A stretch of DNA of 64,000 nt. Source: Daphnia carinata (taxonomy: Eukaryota). The position numbers and the translations under genes were made by a program. The stretch lies in the NCBI RefSeq assembly GCF_022539665.2, contig NC_081331.1, positions 682,001 through 746,000 on the forward strand, given 5' to 3'. Shown one piece after another: positions 26,020-36,799 of the stretch (its first letter is position 1; each line of letters starts with the position of its first letter). The notes beneath the pieces are model-generated. The model was not told the origin of the DNA. It did not search any database and worked only from the letters and a program-made list of their open reading frames with translations.

Positions 26020-26105
26020 TCCGGACTTTTGGCAAAGCGAAATGCGCATGGGTACTACGCTTCGAAACGAAGCACGTACTGGACGTTACAATCCAGAATG
26101 CCTGT

Positions 26106-26112
26106 TTTTATA
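26106..26112 (-). promoter_or_regulatory. TATA box (TATAAAA) of Thr-rich secreted gene copy 1
   Basis: TATAAAA on the minus strand ~87 bp upstream of the ATG; the paralog has the same spacing. Confidence 0.6.
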
Positions 26113-26899
26113 GGAAATCGGCGTTGTTCGTGGTGACTACCTTGTCCTTGTCTTGACATTGTCAGTCGCAAGAACTACCCAATAAGCACATGGTTTTCTT
26201 TGGCATCTTCTAATAGTTTTTTTTAACAACTTCCCGAAGCCACGCTAGACTGAATAATTGCTGCAAGCCTTGAAAAGGTATAAGGAGTCAAAAGACATAA
26301 ATCATAGTATTCTTTTTCTTTGAGTTTTGGGGCTTTGTTTTATAGGACAGCTGCACCTGATAGTGGACCTGAATCGCACTACCTGGTTCTTAGTATGTGC
26401 GGCTGAAAAATCGAAAACACCATCATTTTGAACTTGGCTTAAGGGTAGGAGGTAGGTTTTACCTTAAAAAAGAGGAACCAGAAACGTACAAAACGAAAAG
26501 GTAATTCCTTTTTATGCACGATACATGTAAGAAAAGTTACGCTCCAAACCACTACCAGGTTTCTTAATGGGTGCTATTAAAATATGCAATTTGGTGTTAA
26601 CGTTTTCGTTAAGCCAGTTGGTTAATGATCCTTTGACATTGTAATACCAGATGTCGATACCTTGTGTAAACATGTAAAACTAGAGGAAGTATTGACATGA
26701 TGTACGCATAAGATAATAGTAGTATAGCTTGCTGTGTTTTTTTTGCAGGAATGTATTAAATAGTGCAACGGTACAGTGTTGCTAAATAGCAAACAGACAG
26801 GTAACTCGTATATACTGCTCATGTGAAGCTCAATTATGGGTTTAGGTTTTCTTCAAATGATGGGCTCAAGTATACTGTTTATTTGGCAGTAAATCCAAC

Positions 26900-27644
26900 C
26901 TAGTCGCATCGAAGGGCATTTGGTGGTGGACTGCAGGTGGCGGTCGAACGCGAAGTGACGACAGTGAAGACGGTTGTCGTGATGGTTGACGTCGATGTCC
27001 CCTTAAGGTTAGATGGAACTAATGCATTAAATACGCTACTGATGGTGGTGCCGAATGCACGTTGCTGGCCGACAGCAGCCGAGTATGCGTAGTTTTGAGG
27101 CAACACCCCAACAGGGCGGTAGTTGAATGGACTGCCATAAAAGCCAGGCTGTATTTGATGGTAGCCAAAAGGAGATATCATCAAATATTGCGGATCAGCG
27201 GCACGTCCATCTCGGGCTGACGGTACTAAATGTGTAGCCTCAACCCTTTTGTTATTGAAAAGCAACAAAGGAACATTTAGACTAGAAATAAGGAGATGTT
27301 AAGACGAAGATAAGAGAAAGATTTTACCCTTGGATTGCTGAAGGATTAATGGCAAACTGTTCTTCATCATCTTCTTCCACCAAAACACCTCGTCTGCGGC
27401 GACCGAGAGAAATTGGACATTTAGTGAGAGCATCAATTGCTATCTGATTGGCAAGCCCAGCAAAGGCCCCAGAGGTGCAAGGGATCGTTGAAGCTACTGT
27501 GACCGTAGTTGTCGTAGTACTTGTCGTAGTTGCGAAAAGCCTTGGATCGTGAATGCCGTCGTAAGGAATGTCTTCCTTCTCTTCAGCTATGTTAGTGCAA
27601 GTTACAGATAAAACAAAAACAGAGAGTAAAGCTAACAGACGCAT
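26900..27644 (-). CDS. Small secreted Thr-rich protein with an RRRR site, copy 2 (tandem paralog)
   Basis: Two exons (27644-~27328, ~27246-26900) with the intron at the same position (PSAIQG|VEATH). PCTSGAF, GRRRRGVL, AADPQYLMISPFGY, C-SPPP...RC. Confidence 0.85.
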
Positions 27645-27732
27645 TCTAAAGTGTAGCAAAATTTGGAGCTCAGCTTTGTCAAGGCGATAGGTCCAATCGA
27701 ACACTGTCGAGTATCACACAAGAAGACTCCAC

Positions 27733-27739
27733 TTTTATA
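27733..27739 (-). promoter_or_regulatory. TATA box (TATAAAA) of Thr-rich secreted gene copy 2
   Basis: TATAAAA on the minus strand ~89 bp upstream of the ATG at 27644. Confidence 0.6.
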
Positions 27740-28499
27740 CAGACTTTGCCTACGACGGAATTCTGCTGGATTACCCATAGTCCTTGGAACCCAGTGGAAA
27801 GAGCGCCTTTGTTTTAACACATTTGCTGTTGAATGGGTCCTAATTTCGCGCTGAGAGGTTTGATAGGGTTAATTACGAAAGAAAAATTCATAAGGCTGAT
27901 ATTTTATCCTTTTTTTATGACCAGGTTGCACCATGTATGGTGAATGAAATTTGTTTTGCCGCATAGTTAAATTTTTCAAATTTAAGAGCTTGGCATCCAG
28001 CAGTTGGAAGTAGGTAGGGAGTCTCTAGACAGCAAACCAGTGCAAATGTTCAAAACAATTTTAAGTGCTTTCGTGTTTTTTCGCATTGTCTGCAAAGTGA
28101 ATGACCTGCCTGTATATAGCCGTAGCAGCCCCGGAAGAACAAAGGCACCTTGCCAAAGTATACGCATTATTTACGTTATACGAACGAAAACTTGAAGTTA
28201 TTTTTAGATTTTGGAGAGGAATCTTGACTAGCCCATATAGATAAGAATGGTGGCCTTGAAGGCTCGAAGGTAAACAAATTAGAAATTGCACAGCTCTTTG
28301 CTGCTTCGTTGAAACTATGCAGCTATATCCTGTTGCTTTGCTGGTTGGCAACTGTTGTTGGCTGAAGCAAGTAACTCGCTAAAGACATTCTGCAGTAATA
28401 GACGCATGTAAAAACTAACCGTACAGGCGCAAGCGTTAGTTAGCGGCAGATTGCCAATGTTTTGGGTATGTTGGTTACAACGACGAAAGCGTGTCTAAA

Positions 28500-31400
28500 T
28501 TTGTAGATTAATTTCAACAAAGTGAACAAAGTGCAATTAGCGACACTTTTTGTTTTTGTTTTTTACGTTTAATTCAAAAATTATAAAGCCGATTGAAAAA
28601 TAAACTGGATTACTGTGATCAGCAGTCAATTCTGAATCAAAATTATGTATTTTAAACTAAATTTGAAATTTTTGTCATACTTAAAAATAAGCCCGACAAA
28701 ATAAGCCCGAATTTTTACTGTTGTTATTTTTTTACGATTTACTCAATAACTCTAAGCCGTAGGTAAAAAACAAACGACATGTTTGTGATTTTCGTTTAAT
28801 TTCAAATCAAAGTCGTGTATTTTTATAGCTATACCTAGATGTTCGGAAAAAAAAATGAAATGTGCGAAAAAGTCGGGCTTATTTTTTTGTCGGGCTTAAT
28901 TTAGTATGGCAGAAATTCAGGGTTGTAATTTTTACATTCATTTGAGTTAAGTTAACCTAAAATAGAACGCTGATTTCAGGAAAAATATACGTTTTCTTAT
29001 CAAACCAGCCGTTTTTGTAATAAATGGAATTAACGCGCTGCTGGCGCACAAGCATTTCGCACACGTTTTTCCCGTTTATTAATAAAGCTATAAGCCCAAC
29101 GTAAAAATCATCTTCATTTTTGTGATTCTCGTTCAATTTTGAATCGGAATCATGTATTTAAAAGGAAATCTAAATTTTGGCCAAAAATGAAAAAGTGAGA
29201 AGGCTATAGCCTTCCCACTTTTGTCAAAATCCGCAAAAAATTAAAATTCTTAGAATCTGATAAAAATCACACAGAACAAGTCAAATTAAACGGTGATTTC
29301 GATAGAGTGGTTTGTTTTTGCGTCAAATCAATCGTTTTCGAAATACAGCGAATGTTCAATACAACGTTAGCGCCGAACGTCGCTAGCACGATGCAGCACA
29401 AATATTCAATGTATTTCAAAAACGGTTGGCCCAATGAAAAAAATAACGACATATTTATGATTTTCATTTAATTTCGAATCAAAGTTATGTATTGTTATAG
29501 CTATATCTTGATTTTTGAAAGAAAATGGAAAATTCGGTAAACCCGACTTTTTCTTGTCGGGCTTAATTTCTCTCCCGTTTTTTTCGTTTTTCTAAAAAGC
29601 TATAAGCCCAACGTAAAAACAAACTTGATTTTTGTGATTCTGGTTCAATTTTGAATCGGAATCATGTATTTAAAATGAAATCTAAATTTTGGTCAAAAAT
29701 GAAAAAGTGAGAAGGCTATAGCCTTCCCACTTTTGTCAAAATCCGCAAAAAATGAAAACTCTTAGAATCCGATAAAAATCACACAGAACATTCGTAATTA
29801 AACGCTGATTTCGATAAAGTGGTTTGTTTTTTCGGCAAACCAACTGCTTTTTAAATAAACGGAATCAAAATGCTAGTAGCGCACATATTTGGGTTTGTTG
29901 TTTTTTTACAATTTATTCAATAACTATAAGCCCTGTTGAAAAATAAACGAATTATTTGTGATTTTCTTTTAATTCCGAATCAAACTAATGTATTTTTTTT
30001 GCTATATGTATAAAAAAAAAGTCTTATCTAAAAATAAGCCGAAAAAATCGGGCTTATTTTATCGGGCTTAATTTTCGGTATTGCAGAAATTCAGTTTTGT
30101 AATTTTAACATTAAATTTGATGTAACTAAACCTAAAATAAAACACTGATGCCAGAAAAAATATTTGTTTGTTCGGCAAACCGGCCGTTTTTGTAATAAAG
30201 GGAATTAACGCGCTGCTGGCGCACCAGCACTTATCACCCGTTTTTTCCGTTTATTCGAAAAGCTATAAGGCCAACGTAAAAATAGACTTCATTTTTGTGA
30301 TTCTCGTTCAATTTTGAATCGTAATCATGTATTTAAAATGAAATCTAAATTTTGGCCAAAAATGAAAAAGTGAGAAGGCTATAGCCTTCCCACTTTTGTC
30401 AAAATCCACAAAAAATGAAAACTCTTAGAATCCGATAAAAATCACACAGAACAAGTAAAATGAAACGCTGATTTCGATAAAGTGGTTTGTTTTTGCGTCA
30501 AATCAATCGTTTTTGAATCATACCGAATATTAAACGCAATGTTATGCGGCAGTACGACCAGTCAGCGCTAGCGCGGTGCAGTACAAATATTCGGTGTATT
30601 TCAAAAACGGTTGGCCCAATGATAAAAGTAAAGACATATTTGTGATCTTCATTTAATTTTGAATCAAAGTCATATATTTTTATAGCTATATCTAGATGTT
30701 TAAAAAAAATCAAAATCCGACTTATTTTGTCGGGCTTAATTTTGAGTATGCTGAAATTGAGCTTTGTAATTTTGACATTAAATTTGATCTGAATTAACGT
30801 AAAATAAGACGCTGATTTCAGGGAAAATATTTGTTTTCTCGTCAAATCCAGCCGTTTTTGTAATAAATGGAATTAACGCGCTGCTGGCGCGCAAACATTT
30901 ATCACCCGTTTTTCCCGTTTATTCAAAAAGCTATAAGGCCAACGTAAAAATAGGCTTCATTTTTGTGATTCTCGTTCAATTTTGAATCGGAATCATGTAT
31001 TTAAAAGGAAATCTAAATTTTGGCCAAAAATGAAAAAGTGAGAAGGCTATAGCCTTCCCACTTTTGTCAAAATCCGCAAAAAATGAAAACTCTTAGAATC
31101 TGATAAAAATCACACAAAACAAGCAAAATGAAACGCTGAGTTCCATTATGTTAGTGGTTTTCTCGTTAAATCAGCCATTTTCAAAATAAACTAAAAAAAA
31201 TGTCCTGTTAACGCCTCGACTATTTTTGTTTTTTAGGGTTAATTCAAAAATTATAACAGTAATTGAAAAATAAACTTAATTTTCGTAATTAGCGTTAAAT
31301 TCTTAATCGAAATCATGTATTTAAGCGTAATTTAAATTTGTACAAATTGTTGCGCTTGAAAATAAACCTGACAAAATTAGCCCGAATTAGCCTTTCCACC

Positions 31401-31615
31401 AATATGGTATTTTCCTAAAATCTTCATTTTAGCAATAGAGAGATGTGCTTTAGATTCGAAAACAGCGGAGAATTACGAAAATTGATTTAATATTTTTGCC
31501 GAAATTTCAGATATAAACTGAAAAACGGTAACATGTTGGCGTGCTAACACAGTACAGCGCAGTCGTGCTACAGCACAATACTCAAAGTGGAAAGGATGTA
31601 GCCTACCCACTTTAG
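28500..31615. repeat. AT-rich higher-order tandem repeat (~665 bp units of ~335 bp subunits), possibly a non-autonomous Helitron/Helentron-like element
   Basis: Near-perfect palindrome AAAAGTGAGAAGGCTATAGCCTTCCCACTTTT at 29191, 29703, 30366 and 31034, with a degenerate terminal copy at 31584-31613. The motif GATT.TCGTT.AATT...AATC...TGTATTT recurs about every 335 bp. No coding capacity; left boundary approximate. Confidence 0.85.
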
Positions 31616-31814
31616 AATAATCTACCTTCCCACAGAACGTAGTCTAGAGAGTTCAACATCCAGAGATTTTCCCGTTGGGCATGTGTCTTTGTATTAAAAA
31701 ATGATGTTTTTAAAAATCGGTTCAATTTAGATTTCTTTCAAGGAATGCACTTTTGACTAGGCACAATATCAAATATTTTTATGTTCTACGGTATGCGTCA
31801 CTGGAATTACCCAT

Positions 31815-33535
31815 CTATTGGTTTCTGTTGCTTCCGTAAGTTATACCAGATTCCGATTGAAGTGGTTCTTTCTGCGAATGTAATGAATAATAGACACTGA
31901 TCGTAGAACATCTTATTAGTTAGTGCTACCTCTGCATCTTCTCCGTTGACCAGCAAGTATTTCACTCCTTTGTAGAACGTTCGGTTTTTCGTAAAATATA
32001 AGATGATGAAATCACACATCACCGTTGTCTGCATATAAGTAATCAGCCTTGTTACTCTACTATACACAATTGCATTGTTACAAATCAACAATAAATTACC
32101 ACTCCAAGAAGAGCAAGGCCAGATCCAACATTCAGCATGGTTGGGAGCATATTAAATTTTCCACCCTCACCCCTAACCTCAATAACGAATCGAATTCCAT
32201 ATGCTTTGAATAAAGTGCGGCGATTTTCTTCATGGTAATTTGCGTACCTGTTTTTTTTTATATTAAAGCAAATCATTTTTCTTATGTAATGAGAAAAAAA
32301 AATTCACGAAACGACTTTTTTTTAAATTTCATCTTACCTAAAATTCCAACCAGGGGCGATATTTGTGTTGGGATCATCAACCCTTCTGAAAGTGTAGATC
32401 GGTTTGCACAATTCCATGAAATCTAGATCTAGATTACAATTCCACTCAATTGAAATGACAATAACTCCTCCACGCACGGCAAGCTGTGTAAAATTTTCGC
32501 CAGCAAACGAAACTATATCGTCGATTCGAAAAACTGGACAGAACGGATCTCTTTCTGGATGATAATGGCAAGTTTGAAGGTACGTTTTGTTGGCATCTTG
32601 CATGATGTTCCTCCGGCGGAATGTTTTACCAAACTGTTAAGCGAAACATATGTAGTTGTGTAAGCTTATGAATTAAAATTTACACTACTGTTACCATTGG
32701 AAATTCAATAAAATTTTTTATCAGAACTGTAAAATCTGCAGTTTCTTCAAGTAAAGGCTGGTCAAATCCCCTGCAGGAAAATAAATAAATAACTAAAAAA
32801 AGGGCGATACTACGTATTAATGCAAAATTTTAAGTTATTTTACGCACAATGGGAAAAGATCTTGTTCTATCGGACACCAAGCAAATATTTCGCAGACGTT
32901 TACACTTGCGTTAACATCACTAGGAACGCAGCGGCCAGTCATAGCTCCGTTTCCGATTGGTAAAGAATGTCCTTCATGGCACTGGGCAGGCGTATTGCAC
33001 AACGCTCCATGCACGCCTGGGTCCTATGCAGGTACATTTAAAGGTGTTATTATAGAAAACAAGGTTATTTTAGACACGAAGCACAGCTTCTATTTGCTAC
33101 CTCACTACAGGTTCTCCTAGTTTGATTTGGTGTAATTATAATATTTGTTGTAATGAAAAATGCATCATTTTCAGATGGTGGAATTATTAAATCTGATGTA
33201 TCCCAAATTCGTTTGTATATTTCAGGAACATTTTTCTGGGTATTAGTGAATGCAACACCTTTGACTTTGGTCACAACTGCACTCTCAACAGCACAAAATT
33301 CTTGATAGCCTTTTTTATACACCATAACATATCTGTCATTGAAAAACATCTGTTTGCTGGAAGATGTAAGAGGGCCAGAGAACTTTAAATTGCTAACTAC
33401 TTACCCAACAATGTATGACAGGACACATAGCTGCAGGAACCTTCCTAAAATCCCAACCTTTATACTTCGGATGTGCACAACTTTTGGTGTTTCATACCAA
33501 AAAAAGAAACTAGATACGGATTTAAACCACCCCAT
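31815..33535 (-). CDS. P2X: P2X purinoceptor (ATP-gated cation channel)
   Basis: YETPK N-terminal motif, TM1 ([16 protein letters not shown]), VTKVKG, IWDTSD, Cys-rich ectodomain ([18 protein letters not shown]), [20 protein letters not shown]2 [18 protein letters not shown]. Last exon KEPLQSES...NQ* ends at 31815. Confidence 0.96.
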
Positions 33536-34245
33536 GTTGAGAGAAATGTTTAAAATTTTAAAATGATATTAGCATGGGCCATTGGTTAACTAATGATTAA
33601 CAACTTGAATTCTTACAAGTAAATAACCATTAAAAACGGACGCCAATAGTTTTGATAGCTGTGTTTTTTTTTTTACTGGAATGTGGGTGTTATCTACTAT
33701 CTACTTAACCTTTACCCAATAAAGGGGGACACAATTCGAAACTGTTGATATTTTCCTATAAAATTACAGCCCCAAAATGGGTCGTATATCAAGTTAACGC
33801 GGTTGCTATGACTATTTTCACAATTGACCACAATTTAACTGTAAACGAGAAATGAATGCGCGAAGAAGTATGAAAGAAATATTTGACAGTTTCGACTGCC
33901 AGAGAAGGAATGCGTCTGACTGTTTTTAATCGGATTACACTGCACAGCGTTGTCGAGTAGTTTGTTCGAATAGTCATGTAAGAACAGGGCACGCAAACGG
34001 AAAAGCGACGACGCAACGTAAGAATATAATGATTGATTCAATGATCAATCATTGACAATTAATTGATAATTGACGCAACATGAAAGTCGGTGGGCAGGTT
34101 ATGCATACACTTGATGACAAGATGCAGGTTTACCCAATCACACGATAATATGCATTTATTCAGCCTAATTCACTAAACTCCTAAAACTACAAAATGTATT
34201 TTATAACGATTTACGAGCCATTACAAACATGTTTAAATTTAAGAT

Positions 34246-34963
34246 TTACTTTTTTTCTTCAGTTTCTTCTACTTTTGGCACAAAGTCAATGGCCACACTG
34301 TTGATGCAAAATCGTTCACCTGTCGGTTGTGGCCCATCTTGGAAAACATGGCCTAAATGTGCTTGGCACTGAGATTAAAAGGGAATAAATTAAATTCGGC
34401 CTATTTAAATTATTATTCTTTTTTAAAACACGCGTTTATGCTAGTAGGTGACAATTTATGGAAGGTTTTCATTAGTTTGCATACACGACTGCTACAGTGG
34501 ATAAAACACCTACCTTTACGCACACTACTTCAACTCTAGGTCTCCCTTGAATGGAATCATCTGGTCTCCTTTCAACAGTTTCCTTATCATTTTCATGGGG
34601 AAGCGTTTTGTAAAATGAAGGCCATCCAGAACCAGAATCATACTTGGTTTCAGAACTATCGCGTTTTTTTAGAGAAAACAAAAAGTCAAAATAGAAACTT
34701 TCTGTAAAATTACTAATAATAACGATAGTACCTGAACAATGGGCTACTGCAAACGATGCAGATGTAAGTCCCAGTTTCATGGTGATCATTATACTTTCCT
34801 GTGAACGGCTTTAGATAGGACAGTAGTTGAAGAAACGATAAAAAGATACATATTGATATTAGGAACTTACCTCTTCGGTACCCGCTTCTTGTGTAACATG
34901 ATATTGCTCAGCTGTCAAATTTTTGGTTAAATCTCTGCCACATGATCCGCCGCCACATGACAT
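34246..34963 (-). CDS. MSRB3: Methionine-R-sulfoxide reductase (MsrB3-like), short form
   Basis: [35 protein letters not shown], two CxxC zinc motifs, [33 protein letters not shown]; four exons. Confidence 0.92.
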
Positions 34964-35798
34964 TTCTATATCAACGCAGAAAATCAAAAAAGGATAGGAT
35001 GAAATGGTGGAGAGTTATTGGCAACTGCTATTGGAACGAGTTAGAATGAGGGTTTCTGCGGTTTCTTTTTCAATATGTAAACCGTACTCCAACAAACACA
35101 CCTTATATACCGACGATCGTTGAGGCTAGAAACTCGAAAAATTATTTTGTCTTTTGACTCTTTACAGAGTGTGGGCGTTAACGATATGGGAGCTCCAAGG
35201 AGATTGCTTCGATAAACATTCCACATGACGCGTTATCTATAAACCCTCTCCCATTCCTGCGAAACCAGATGCATGAATAGTCTACTATTAGCTTCTTGAC
35301 ACGTACATGCAACGAATGGCGATATGTAATCTAAAACACAATAGAATGGACTCGAAGCGAAATCCAGCCTCAATCACTGCGCACGGCACAGTTAGACGTG
35401 CACACGTTACACAAAGTAATACACGGAGCAAAGTATTTTTACTCCATGTTACTACTGCACTCGTGTTTCATAATGAATTAATTACTTCGGATACGCCAGA
35501 GATGAGTTAGGTTACACCTCCTGATAATTGCCGTGCTGTGAAATAAATGCCATCTTAACGAATGCGCACTCTTCTTGAGTTCCATACAGCGGAAACGAGA
35601 ACCCATCAAATTTGCTTGGTTGGTGTGGAGCAAACATCAGACCTTGGGCCTTCAATAATCAATTATTAACGTATAAAGCGTTGAAGGTTAATAAACTGAA
35701 AAGTGTAAGTAGAATCTGGATACTCCAAACCATTATTCTTTTGATCCACTTGTTTACATGTAGCTTCAAATACATCACGAAATAATATAAATTCATCA

Positions 35799-36584
35799 TT
35801 ACTCTTTCTCACTTCCTACAAAATTCAAGGACGCAGAATTAATGCAGAAGCGTTCTCCAGTGGGCCTTGGCCCATCATCAAACACATGTCCTAAATGTGC
35901 CTTACACTGCATATTTAAAGCCAAGTTGAATAACAAGTGAGATAATTTTACTTTTAAATTAGTACTCACATTTCTGCACACCACTTCCACCCTCATCATT
36001 CCATGACTGGTATCTGGGATACGTTCTACACTCTCCATTGATTGAGATACTTCTAGAGTTTTGTAGAAGGATGGCCATCCAGAACCCGAATCATATTTGG
36101 TGTCTGAACTACAATATATACAACACTGCATCAATTATATAACATATTCAATGTAACAGAACATACCTAAAGAGTGGACTATCACAACAGACACATGTAT
36201 AAGTTCCTTTTTCGTGATGATCATAAAAATTGCCCGTGAAAGCCTAGGCACATTTGATAATCAATTGAGTGATTGAAACATGGAAAGGACAATTCATACC
36301 ATTTCTGTGCCTCTTTCCTGGGTCACTTTAAATTGCTGGGGTGTCAGTTTTTTCTGCAAATCCTGACAAGAGCCTTTGCTTTGGCAAGACATTCTGGTTA
36401 TATCTACAAAGTTTGAAATAATTATTCTGTTTGTTTCATCAGTTGCAAAATCACAAGACTACTTACACCCTGAAGGAATTGGTAGGAGTAATTTTGCACT
36501 GCGTCCACGCGTTACCTGCCACGTAATGTTACAAAGTTCTTTTTGGCTGTATTTAACAGCCCTCGTAACTGCTTGGAAAAACAT
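35799..36584 (-). CDS. MSRB3: Methionine-R-sulfoxide reductase (MsrB3-like), tandem paralog with an N-terminal extension
   Basis: Putative first exon 36584-36467 ([13 protein letters not shown]...), then [72 protein letters not shown]. Intron positions match the neighbouring paralog. Confidence 0.9.
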
Positions 36585-36799
36585 CTAGTGACAAAAGATA
36601 GGAGTTATGCAACCCGGTTGTGACTTCACTTGTCTTCGATGCAACGATGCCAATTATTCTATTGGACGATCGCGCAGATAAGTTCTAAAAACGCGAGGAA
36701 ATCTTTTCTTTAGTAAGAAACTATGAGTCGTGAAGCAATGTCCAATGTATTCAACAGTTGTAAAATAGTCGATACACATCGAGATATGCCTTGCAAAGC

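Noticed and set aside
29191..31065. Regularly spaced palindromic repeats resembling a CRISPR array
   Set aside because: Eukaryotic context; the spacers are 500-670 bp and homologous to each other, and there are no cas genes.
34028..34053. 10-bp inverted repeat AATGATTGAT/ATCAATCATT upstream of P2X
   Set aside because: Short and AT-rich; plausible by chance, with no other support.
34246..36584. Selenocysteine/SECIS in the MsrB genes
   Set aside because: Both active sites are encoded by TGC (RFCINS), with no in-frame TGA.
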